Of a stretch of 64,000 bases of DNA, positions 13,948-24,361 are shown one piece after another (positions within the stretch are counted from its first letter, which is position 1; every line of letters starts with the position of its first letter). This DNA is from Halocafeteria seosinensis (taxonomy: Eukaryota). The notes beneath the pieces were generated by a model, which saw only the letters and a list, made by a program, of their open reading frames with translations, did no database searches and was not told the DNA's origin. The translations under genes and the position numbers were made by a program. Location: contig LVLI01000359.1 of assembly GCA_001687465.1 (NCBI GenBank), forward strand, positions 1 to 64,000. Reading direction: 5' to 3'.

Positions 13948-14349
13948 AATTGAATCANTGCCTCACACTCCATGAATACAAACCAGTTTCAAAAGTTAGA
14001 ATAGTTGTGTACTGTACCACAACTGGTCTCATTATGACTCTCAATGAGTCTCTCATTTGTGGCACTTCCATTTGCGACCCCCACACACATTGCGACTTCA
14101 GATGGCCAGCGCAAAGAATGGCGTTCCGCTGGATACTCTCCACCCCGGTTAGATAAGATTGTAGCAGAGTTGATAGTTGGATAGATCTATTCAAATACCA
14201 GTAGTTTACCAAAACCCGCACGCTGTGGGGGCTGGAAATAGAGCAATAGAACTCATTGGAAAAATAGCGCGGGGTCAGGGACAACGAATATGTCGGCCGA
14301 ACCCGTAATGTAATTACCCAAGCGCCCCGAATCAACCCATCCGCGCGAA

Positions 14350-16365
14350 ATGATCTCCCGCTCAACACTCCATCGAAGGCAACAAACGAGACCGCAATCG
14401 GCCAAACCGGCCGATACGAAAAGGGACCGCCGACATCCTGACCGACCGCAGTCTGCCCAAACGACGGGGGCTCACAACGGCTTCCGCGGTGGCCGTCGTC
14501 GGTCCAGTGTGTCCAGTAGATTGAGTGGCCAGAAGGATGGAGTGCCCACCATATTTGAAGAAAAGAATGGATTCCGAAAATATTGCCAGGAGTCGATGAA
14601 AAATAGGCGATTGGAAAATGCGAGGAAGGAATTGGTCAAATCGCCAGCGGCGAAACGAGTTCTCCAGGGTGTTCTCAAGGGTTACAATACTGAGAGACCA
14701 CAAACTAGTGAACAACCTCGCAGGTATTTTCACCTTTTCCAAACGCAAGAGCCGTCGGAAAATCACGAGGAAGAGGAAAATGATAAGCCAGAACAGCAAT
14801 CGCCACGGGCATCGACTGAGTATTCATCGAAAGTGCAGCTTATCGATGATTCGTCCAACGGGTGGTATGTTGATTCCGATGAGGACAACTTTTTCTGCTC
14901 GGAAGATGAAATTGAAGAGGAAGACCATAAACAGCGCGACAAACAGGATCATGTTCACTCGGTTAAAACCAACGAAAATGTACCAACTGTGGCGAGTACG
15001 AATCCAACCGAAGAAGTGGCCTATGCAGTTCTGGACCGATACCATCAGTGGAAACAAGCCACGCATACAAATACTCTCAATGAACTCCTCCCGGAGCAGA
15101 CCGAATCCAAACCAATCTTCGATGAAGACTCGTATGGATTCAGGGAGCTCTGCAACACTCTAGAAAGGAAGCCGAAAACAAAGGGACAGTTTAACACAGT
15201 GCTCGAACGAACGGAAGCCCACTGCAGGAGGTCAGGAATGAAAATCGCTCACAAACGAACCCATCGTGTCGGGACCGGTAATGGCCGAGGCGGTTACCGC
15301 TACGGACAATCAGGGGGCAACACCCGAGAGCTCTTGGCGTCGATGTACCCTGGGAACTTTGATGAAGAGAGCAAGACGGAATGGCTAATTGCTGCAGAGA
15401 TGCAGGACGAGGGAAAAAACAAAGGAAAAGGTGCCCATGAAAGGACGGATTCTTTCGCCGACAAGACAGTCCGACAAATGTCACGTGTACCCACAAAGGA
15501 TTGGAGGTTCTATCGAACTTATGGTGGAGCGGAATGGAGAGATATGAACCACGTACCTCCCCAGAAGGTTGGCTACGTTATCCCGAGCATGATTATAGAA
15601 GGGGAATTAAACGCTATGGATCATGTTAGACAACGATTCACAGACGAACAAGAAGCAGAGACGCGCAAGAAAGAAAAAATCGATAAACGTCATACTGAGC
15701 AGCGGAATACCATGCTGAAACGGATAGAAGAAAACCGTAAGTGGGACGCCGAGATTCTAACAAAGAGGCCGGAGAGTAAAGAAATTGATGAGAGTGAGCT
15801 AGAAGATGAGGACGCTTGGTGGAATGAGTACCACGAACGTGTTCAACAAGCAGCAACCTCCCCAGTAGCCCGTCAAGACTTTAGGATGTTGGAGTTACCC
15901 TCGCCACAAGCAGTTCCTGTCTCTCTGAAGAAATACGTGACAGAAAAACGGGAGGCAGCCCGCCCAACGTCAGCCTTCAACTTTAGCAAAAAAGATGAAA
16001 CACAATCAAGCAGTACTAGACCTATCAGCGCGCATACCCGCATGCAAGCAGACCACAATTTTGACGAAGTGAAGACACCTCCGTACTCGCCCTATGTTGT
16101 TGAGCCTAAACAGGCGCAGCAGTTTTATGCCGAATCTCTGCAACGTCCTCGCTTTATGAAACCCTTATCGAAAGACGTCCGCCAGAGAACTCTTGTGAGG
16201 GGTCGCTCTGGTCGCATACCGGAGAAATTCGCCTGGGCCACGTCCGTACCAGAAGGCTTTAACCTTCTAATGTCCGACGACGTCGCATTTCCCAAATTGA
16301 TGAAGAGGACGGAAGAGGTTTTGAATAAGAAGCAACAAAAGAAGGAGACGACGACGAAGAACTAG
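14350..16365 (+). CDS. Hypothetical, largely disordered/charged protein (671 aa) with repeated RPx(S/T)(A/S) motifs
   Basis: Long uninterrupted ORF with plausible composition; RPQSA x2, RPQTS, RPTSA, RPISA; no recognisable domain. Confidence 0.75.
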   Translation: MISRSTLHRRQQTRPQSAKPADTKRDRRHPDRPQSAQTTGAHNGFRGGRRRSSVSSRLSGQKDGVPTIFEEKNGFRKYCQESMKNRRLENARKELVKSPAAKRVLQGVLKGYNTERPQTSEQPRRYFHLFQTQEPSENHEEEENDKPEQQSPRASTEYSSKVQLIDDSSNGWYVDSDEDNFFCSEDEIEEEDHKQRDKQDHVHSVKTNENVPTVASTNPTEEVAYAVLDRYHQWKQATHTNTLNELLPEQTESKPIFDEDSYGFRELCNTLERKPKTKGQFNTVLERTEAHCRRSGMKIAHKRTHRVGTGNGRGGYRYGQSGGNTRELLASMYPGNFDEESKTEWLIAAEMQDEGKNKGKGAHERTDSFADKTVRQMSRVPTKDWRFYRTYGGAEWRDMNHVPPQKVGYVIPSMIIEGELNAMDHVRQRFTDEQEAETRKKEKIDKRHTEQRNTMLKRIEENRKWDAEILTKRPESKEIDESELEDEDAWWNEYHERVQQAATSPVARQDFRMLELPSPQAVPVSLKKYVTEKREAARPTSAFNFSKKDETQSSSTRPISAHTRMQADHNFDEVKTPPYSPYVVEPKQAQQFYAESLQRPRFMKPLSKDVRQRTLVRGRSGRIPEKFAWATSVPEGFNLLMSDDVAFPKLMKRTEEVLNKKQQKKETTTKN

Positions 16366-16854
16366 CAAGCACAGCATCATTTCAGTAGTCCACCGGTTAG
16401 TCCTCGTTTGTAATGCTTTCTGCTAATGTCGTTCGCATCTCAGGTCAGGTGCTCAGCACACCACACACGGGCTGAACCCTGGAACGCTGCGGACACTAGA
16501 AATGCGACGGGGTGACTTCGTGGCCGCGCATACATTACAAGCCATGTTACTCCGGTGTGCGCATTGTGGAAGACTACCTACCGGCATAAGAGCGAATCGT
16601 AAGAGCTGCTTAAGGGCTACTCACTGACTACTGGTTGGTTCACTCGAGGAAGTTCCATCCAGTCCTACACCATGTAGAGTGTGCATGAGTAGTGCAGACG
16701 AGTAGGCTACAGGCTACGCGTGCGTATTAGTATTGTTCCCACCGGAAGACGGCTACGCTGCGTCGGGTAAGCGGTGAATCCTACTAATTGCTGAATACAC
16801 ACCACATAATAGTGATCATCTACCGTATGACGTTCTGCGTATGTAGTTTTCGTA

Positions 16855-17196
16855 GTATGCCCGGTTTCTCGGAGAAACGGACAGTTACTGTTTCTTTGGA
16901 GAAAGATACCGACAGGAATGTGTTTGTGTGAAGAGCACGATTAAGGATGTACAGCGAGACCAGACACACGGATGGCAAGATTGGATCCGGTAACTGTTGT
17001 TGATGGAGAGAAAGAGAAATAAAAGCACATATGTGACCGTACGTACCCCGTGTCGTCAATAGCAGTACAACCCATACATATACAAGTAGATTCCACCAGC
17101 GTATGCCGAAGTTTCTCGGAGTAATGGACAGTGTACTTTTTTTCGGATGACAGGAACGCGTACAGGACCGTGTTTGTGTGAAGGACATGATTAAGG
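16855..17196 (+). repeat. Two diverged direct copies of a ~92-96 nt element (16855-16946 and 17101-17196)
   Basis: Shared blocks gtatgcc, gtttctcggag, ggacagt, acagga, gtgtttgtgtgaag, gattaagg in the same order. Confidence 0.8.
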
Positions 17197-17479
17197 CCGA
17201 TGCTTTCTCATGCGACGACTTCAAGAACACATACTGTACACTGCACTTAGGATCAGAGCAGGCTGCAGGAACAGCGGGCCCGTCGCTGCTTAACACGGGC
17301 GCATACCGCTCCTCGTTAAGAGGATGCGGTCAACTTCCCGGCCGGTGGGCTATCTGTCACATTTGTGTGTGTATCAGAGCATGCCGTCGGGGTGCGAAAC
17401 GTGTTCACATCCTGCCACAAACGCCCTTTGTATTTTGAGACAAGTATGTTACCACCATAATGACGAGAGGAAACAGTGA

Positions 17480-17504
17480 TACCAGTGGTATCATACCACT
17501 GGTA
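17480..17504. repeat. Perfect 12-bp inverted repeat with 1-nt spacer upstream of CD2BP2
   Basis: taccagtggtat-c-ataccactggta. Confidence 0.85.
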
Positions 17505-17676
17505 CTGAACTGTACATTGTACTACTGAGTACACCCGCCAGGCAAGTTGAAGTTACCCATTTAGTGACTATTAGTGTGGTTGAATGAAGGTGTTTCGTTT
17601 ATGCGTGGCCTTTTCTTGTACTCTGGGCCTACCTTGTTGAGTGGTGGTTGAAAATTGCTGTGGGACCCAAGAGAAT

Positions 17677-19285
17677 ATGGCGAATAAACGCCGACGAACA
17701 GAGGATTACGCCTCCTCCAACGCAGGTGGAGAAGCTTCAGCTGCTTCTCATACAAATGGTGGACACACTGGGGATCAAAATGGAGCTTCAGCAGCTGCCC
17801 CAGCACCTGATGGAGGGTCATCGGCAAATGGAGGAGGTACTGCGTATCAATTTATGCCCGAATACAACCCGAGTAGCTCGGTGCCTGATCTCCCCGATAA
17901 AGCCAAGATGGAGGAGTTAAAGGAGCAGAGGAAGAAACATGTGCAAGAAACCCAAAGTCGTGAGGAGGAAAAGAAGCGAGAAAAGTATAAGATGTTTGAT
18001 GAGGAGCACGACAAATTCGAAGCGGCTGAATTATTCGAACGAGGAGGAGGAGGCAACAGCGCTGCTGCTGCAGCCTCGGGAGCATCGCGTACGGGGAACG
18101 TGCATGAACAGACCGTAATGACGGAAGAGGAATTACAGGAAGAATCAGATGACGATGTGGATGAAGATGGTGCAGATATCAGTGATCTCCCGAAAGCGGA
18201 GCGTGAAAAATGGAAAGCGAAGAGTGGAACTCCTCAAGAGGATGCAGACGACAGTGAAGAGGAAGAAGAGCAAAAGAAACAGAAGAAGAAAGTTCCAAAA
18301 CTTCAGCATGTACAAGGAGAAAGGGATGATTACGATTATGTAAGTTATTGTGTCTCTTATGCATGCTTCAGTGATAGCCTCTACTCGCATACATTGCTTG
18401 CGTCCGCAGAGGGTCGAAGATGGTACGGTGTTTGAACCGTTCAATCTGAAGGAAGAAAGAAAGACGGGCTATTTTGATGAAACTGGAAACTATGTGAGAC
18501 TACAAGAGAAGGATAATACTGCATCGGATCCGTGGCTTCAGGAGATAGATGAAGCTGAACGCACGGGTAAACTGGCGTTGCCTCCTGTTGACCTATCCAA
18601 GAATCAACAGGAAGACGCCGAACAGGAAGCTGCAGCTCCTGATTTTGTAACGTTATTAAGTACTTGCGTAAATGTGTTAAAGGATGGTGAGAGTGTTTCG
18701 GAGGGTATGCGACGATTGCGAATAGAATCCACCAGCAAGGGGAGTAATTTCGATAACCTGGTTGAGTCTGCCGACGAATTGGTGGGGCTAGGACACATGG
18801 AGGTATATAACTATACAAAAGAACATTTACAACAACAGCTACAGAATGCTCGTGTGGCCTCAGGAGTGACGGGAACCTTAGCCTCGGAGACAAGTGCGGA
18901 GAATAGAGAGCAGCGTTCGGAAGCCCAGCAACAATCGAATTTCGATGAGGATTCTATATTATGGGAATACAAATGGACCAAAGATAGTGATGAGACATTT
19001 GGTCCATTCCCCTCAATGCAGATGTATGAATGGGCAAAACAAGGGATGTTCAACTTCGATGGCTACAACACGGGTTTTGAAGTGTGGGCGCGTAGAGTAC
19101 CCAATCCCAAGGCAAAGAAATCGCAGAGCACTGGTGAATCGCTATTATCAGATTTGGACGATGATGAAGATACAGGTAGCGTCGGACAAGCCCCTATGCC
19201 CTCTACTGACCAAGCAAATACGATCAAAAGCGACTGGGTGCGAGCGAAAGATGTTGACTTCCGGCAGTACGCAGCAATGGAGTGA
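17677..19285 (+). CDS. CD2BP2: CD2BP2/LIN1/U5-52K U5 snRNP chaperone with C-terminal GYF domain
   Basis: Exons 17677-18339 and 18410-19285. EPFNLKEERKTGYFDETGNYV, DPWL, LKDGESVSEGMRRL, and GYF domain WEYKW..TFGPFPSMQMYEWAKQGMF (GYF reads GMF). Confidence 0.88.
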
Positions 19286-19586
19286 AGTAACGGGATGTCA
19301 TAAGCAATACAAATCCGCTGACATGTGTATCCCAATTTGGAACTGGATATGAAATCGTAACTATTTTGCAGAAAGATAGCTTCGCGGATGAAGTTGTCAA
19401 GCTCAGGTATGTGTGTTCTGACGTTGGCCTTCTCATCCCAGCTAGCTACCGACGACAAGAACATCTGTGTCGTGAGAATTGGACGGTCACTGAGGTCCAC
19501 TACTAGTCGCCTCTATAATCTTTTCGGCTTGCATCGGATCGCGTACCAACAAACAAAAAATCACCACTTCCCCACATAGCGTCAAT

Positions 19587-20070
19587 CTATTGCTGTTGCG
19601 CCTTCTTGCTCAAAAGGTGCTTGACGGAATCCTCGTTATCTCTGAAGCAGTTCCTAAGGGTTTTCATTTTTTCTCTGCACTGATCCAACGAATATTGCTG
19701 CAACGCATATATGTCAACAGTTTGTTGTAAATTTCCAACACAAGAAGGCAAGTACCACCAATTTAATTCAAGGGCCAAAGTATTACGGAGGTTCTCATGG
19801 GGGTCCCAGTCAGTATCGCTGGCCCCCAGAACACCCCTTTAGGGCGCTCCTGACCTTTTTTGCCATTTCCCAAGGGGGAGGCGCGCCTCTCCCAGAACAC
19901 CTCAGTGTACTCATTGCACAATAGCGAGCCCGTGAAGCTCTGTCGGGACATCCACTTACAGGATCATTTGGATTTCTATGTTCTCTTATGCAAGCATTAA
20001 CTTCCTTGAATGCATTCCGGCATGGCCCCATGACCTCTTTAGCAGGGATGTTCCCTTGGTTGTCAGACAT
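19587..20070 (-). CDS. Small CX9C (CHCH) protein, likely mitochondrial intermembrane space; about 108 aa
   Basis: Exons 20070-19855 and 19697-19587. Three CX9C motifs: CRNAFKEVNAC, CPDRASRARYC, CREKMKTLRNC, plus one unpaired Cys. Confidence 0.7.
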
Positions 20071-20429
20071 TTTTATGCTCTTTATTTTAAGTAATACGGA
20101 CTAGCTACGGACCAATCGAACGATCTCTTTCGGCCTTCCAAATAGTGGTACAATTCATCATCCACGTACAATTGATCAATGATGATCATACAGGTGGTAA
20201 CAGGGCGATCCGGGCCGTCGGCCCGGGCCGGCCGGGCTATGAGAAGAATCCGGGCAATCTTTCGTACACATACAGACTCCACGTCCTGAGGTTATTGATT
20301 GTGGAAAGTGCGTGTCAAGACTAAAGGGAAAACAAGGATACGGCATAGGATACCATTTCGTTTATTGATCGGTTTGTTGGGTTCCTGCCACAGCGTTCGC
20401 CGGCCGGTTCAGTACTTGCAGTCGAGTTG

Positions 20430-20592
20430 AGTACTCCATGAGAACTTACCGCACATCCCGAAGTGTATCGGATGACGCCTTTCTTGACCGAAGTTCTTCG
20501 TAGTGGCAACGAAGGAATTCAAGCGACCAAGAATTCAGGATCCATCCATAAAACCGCTAGAGCCACCATGAGAACCGCATTTAAGTTTGTGT
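20430..20592 (-). pseudogene. Frameshifted paralogous remnant of the 3' end of the neighbouring FN3/propeller gene
   Basis: NAVLMVALAVLWMDPEF vs NAVLMVTLAVLWLDPEL; nucleotide blocks cataaaaccgctagag, caccatgagaaccgcatt and tcttgaccgaagttc shared with ~21270-21380; the intron start is also conserved (gtaagttctcatggagtact vs gtgagttctcacgagtact). Confidence 0.8.
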
Positions 20593-20779
20593 GAATTGGG
20601 GTCTTAGGCGGGAAACCGTCGGAGCGGCGATGCCTCCATTTCCCATCTGACAATCCTCCTCTAAAGTAAAACGAATCCAAATAGGAGTGTGTTCCGTCCA
20701 ATGCACTTCCTCGACATGCCAGATCTCATTGGAAGCTATTGCATGTCACCCGCCAAAATCATGAAATACTGGGGCCCCT

Positions 20780-20917
20780 AGTTGGAAGATTCAGGCGACT
20801 GCCTTGGTTGAATATTCAAGCGATCCCTCAGTTGGAACTCAACTTGGAAGATTCAGGCGACCGATTAATTGAACATTGAAGCGACTCCTCAGTTGGATAG
20901 CCAAGCGACCGCCCAAA
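20780..20917 (+). repeat. Degenerate ~24-nt tandem repeat (five units plus a partial)
   Basis: Units such as ttggaagattcaggcgac (x2), ttgaatattcaagcgatccctcag, ttgaacattgaagcgactcctcag, ttggatagccaagcgaccgcccaa. Confidence 0.75.
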
Positions 20918-21106
20918 GTGCCTATTCCATGTGCCTTTGAACGACCGGATAATTTGACTCTTTAGTCACCGGTATCTTCCGAGATCTACCCAAACAAACA
21001 GGACGACGCCCGGAACCTTCCAATACAACAGGCTCTACCGCTATATAACCTTATCTTTTAACTTTATAGTAGTCACGGAAGGGAGGGAGGGAAGGCAATT
21101 TAAAAG

Positions 21107-24075
21107 TTATTGAAGGAGCCTAAGAAGACTGGGGCGCTCCATTCTGCTGGTCAGTGTGTATCCAAGACTCGGCGCATACAAGAGGGGCACACACCATTGT
21201 TAATTTGTTTATTTCCTGTCACACCATACAGTACTCGTGAGAACTCACGTATCCTGTGGATAGTGGACGATGTCTTGACCGAAGTTCCGCATGGCGGCAA
21301 CCAACGATTTCAAGCGATGCGGCAATTCGGGATCCAACCATAAAACCGCTAGAGTCACCATGAGAACCGCATTGAAAATTGTTTGAACTACCAGATAGGA
21401 AACGGAGACATCTCTGCTGCGCTGCTTTACGAACTCAGACCCTTTATAGTAAACCAAGCCCAAATGGGAAGGGGTGCTGGCCAATTCGGTCCACTGCAAT
21501 TCCCCTGAAGCATCCTTATACTGCAGTAGCACAGGCCAGCTCGAATTGGAAACTATTGGAACACCGAGTGGAACGTTGCCCCAGCAGCTATCTTTGAGGT
21601 CTTCATAACTGTACTTATCGTACAAGCAGAGAGTATCTACTTCCCCATCACTCCGTTTCCGTACGAGCTCTCTTGTCTGTTCTTGCCCACAACAAAATTT
21701 TCCGGAACGTCCCAGGACGGGAAACGCGCCACCTATAGGGAAATCATTATCTTCTTCGAGCACCTCGACGTCTGCTTCTTTTTCGTAGATCTGTCTGTCT
21801 GCTTCACCCATGTCTCTTATGGTAAAGCGGACCAAGGAGCTGGTAGAATGCAACGTGTCTTGTTTCTTCCCTAGGATGTTCGTCCGACCGACGTTGAGAC
21901 CGTAGTCAGATACTCCTCGACGATCTTTGGAGGCATCAATCCATGAGTCGAATTCCGACTCCAATGGTTCCCACTCAAAATGAGCATTTAGGAGATCCAC
22001 TGAGCCGTCCGTATAAGCAAACAATCTCTCAACGGCCTCTGTGTGAACAACTGCGACATCTTTGATTTCTTTGTCATGCTTCGCAACAACATGCCAGGAA
22101 TTTTGGTTCCACCGCGCAATGCATTTCGCTCCCTGCCGACAGTGCGCAGAAGCAAATCGACCGAGAGCGAAAACCTGCCCTTGGAATTCAAATAACTGTT
22201 TTATGTTGCCCAAGCTGTATTTCGACATCGCATGCCATTGAGGCAAACCATGATCGTCATATTTCAAGAATGCGGCTCCTGCCGCCATCCAAGTGTGGGC
22301 GCCGTAGGCATCAGTCAGCTTGGTGAAAGAGCCACAAGCGTGCAGTGTTCCATCGACGTCTATTAGTCCAGTAACCGAGCTGGGAGTTCCGTCCTCATTG
22401 TAGGAAAAGAATTCAGTCGGTTTGTGGTCGGTGACATCGTCAAAAATAGATATCTTTCCCATATTTTCATTTTCAAAGTCTACGCCTGATATTGCGAGTC
22501 GACCGCGTGTATCCTCTAGCATCGACAAAATACCCCCAGCCGTGTACTGTCCAGCATAATGGGGTATCCACTCTGCAGCTTCCTTATCCCATACGTAAAC
22601 ATCACTTGTAGTAAACTCCGAAGACGGATTTGGTTTCTTCGAGTCGGACAGGGAGAAAACGGTAGCGACAACGGCACCCTTCCACGAAGCCATGTGTCTG
22701 ATCCGACCCTTACTATCGATGCCGGCGCTTACTTCTTTCCAACCATTCGTCGCATCCCACCTATGTATTCCCCGTCCTCCAGCATAAATGTAGTTGCCAG
22801 ATAGACAGAGAGAATAGACCGCAACGTTTAAAGAGCCTAAGTTGATCCAACTACCGTTCATCCAAGACAATACACCACCATCCTCTGTAGTATCAGTGAC
22901 AAGCAGCTGACCGTCTCTAGTGGCATACAAGTCTCCAAGAGAAAGAGCTAAGTTAGAGTCTCCATCCTGAATGAATGCGGTACCAAACTCAGTTCCCCGG
23001 AGAGATGAAGGGCTTCCTTGTCGCGTCACCTGTAGACGAGACGCCGGTTCGTTCAAATTGATAGCAAATCCACTGGTTAGATGCGGGCATATTGGTACAC
23101 TTGAGCCTTTTGTACCAGTAGCAGCTACCAGCTGTTGTCCACAAACCATGTGATCCTCTTCTACTTCTGCAAAAACAGTTCCTCTTTCGCCAGCGTTCAA
23201 CCAGAGCGGTGGACGATTCAGAGGTCGCTGTAAAGAGCTGACAGTTACCGTTGTTGTCATCCATGGTAGCGCAGTCAAAACAGGAAGGAGGATAAACAGG
23301 CTCATGGAGAGCACTCGTAGGTTTGATTTTGGCTGCCAATCCCTGTCACTCGTGTGAGGGCCGGTCTGCTTCTCCTTGTCGTCTTGGCCTTTGGCCGCCT
23401 CTTCCGGTTGCGCCGGTGGGTTATCTACGGTTTTTGCTTGATGCTCTACTGCCTTATTCGTGAGTCTTTCTCTTACTTCATTAACGTCATCCTTGACGGA
23501 TTCCACACTCTGCGAAATCTTCTCAAAGTTTTCTTCGAGGTTGTCGCAGCGCCGTAATGCGTCGGTTCCCGCATCCAACGTCGTAATAGGGAGAACTTCA
23601 GTAGATCTCGCATAATCAGACGAGCCCTGTAGGGATATAGTGACGCGAACCTTGTACTCAGTCGATGCTGTAAGGTCCGTGAACGTCCACTCTGCTAGAC
23701 GACGAAAGTGTGCGGTCAGTATCAAGACTTTGGTTTGCCAAAACACGAGCGTACTTACTCGCGTTGTTTGTATTCTTTTCTTCAGCGACAGTGCCGGTTC
23801 CAAAGAATCCATAAGGAGGCTTCATGAGCATGAATTTGTAGACGACTTCCGGATGATCCACACGGTCGCATTCCACCGTAATTGTAGTCATTGTACAACT
23901 TTTCTCGCGAATGGTGGGGACGGGCAGCTCGTCCTCATTCACCACAAGCTCATCGTGTCCCCCTTCAGCACCGTTATTCTGGTCCTCCTGTGGTTAGACA
24001 GGTTGTATTGTGCAGAGGCCGATTTCTTCGCATCCTTGAACTTACTTGGGGGTGGTGTTCCGTATTGTCTTCCAT
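21107..24075 (-). CDS. Two-TM membrane protein: N-terminal fibronectin type III domain, coiled coil, TM, Rax2-like beta-propeller, TM
   Basis: Predicted introns 24045-23988, 23758-23695, 21248-21144. FN3: LPVPTIRE..TTITVEC..EWTFTDLTASTEYKVRVT. TM1 SMSLFILLPVLTALPW. Blades GGVLSWMNGSWINLG, YIYAGG..IHRWD, LHACGSFT, VFALGRF..CIARWNQNSWH. TM2 YLVVQTIFNAVLMVTLAVLWL. Last exon (ending 21107) is less certain than the unspliced stop at 21245. Confidence 0.72.
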
Positions 24076-24361
24076 TGTTAGCGTATGATGATTACCATGT
24101 GCAATATCTCACTGTACCAGGTACCTCTTTATTTGGATTGTTTCTTGGTGCGCGTTTTATCACAGAGTAATTTTCATCAATCCTTCTCTTATACAATGCT
24201 TTACAGCTCTCGGAGCCCGAAGCCCTTGGAGCTTGAGAAAACTCTTCAGATCTGCGAGGCACCACTTCAACTTCGACCGAGGGTACTGTACTGTTGTTGC
24301 ACGTACGCTTAGTGATCAGTTGGGCGAACGGTGTTGCTTTATTCTGGCTGACACAACTATC

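Noticed and set aside
16473..16482. CTGAACCCTG resembles a telomerase RNA template (would encode TTCAGGG)
   Set aside because: Telomere repeat of this organism is unknown, a 10-mer is expected by chance, and no supporting promoter, terminator or adjacent pseudoknot was seen.
17220..17255. Minus-strand AGTGTACAGTATGTGTTCTT resembles the U2 snRNA branch-pairing region
   Set aside because: The invariant GUAGUA is disrupted and there is no U2 stem I or Sm site.
19770..19785. 16-nt exact match (TAATACTTTGGCCCTT) with 41002-41017 on the opposite strand
   Set aside because: About one 16-mer match is expected by chance in a 64-kb two-strand self-comparison, and the similarity does not extend.
20780..20917. 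Regularly spaced repeats as a CRISPR array
   Set aside because: Units are contiguous and degenerate with no unique spacers; eukaryotic context; no cas genes.
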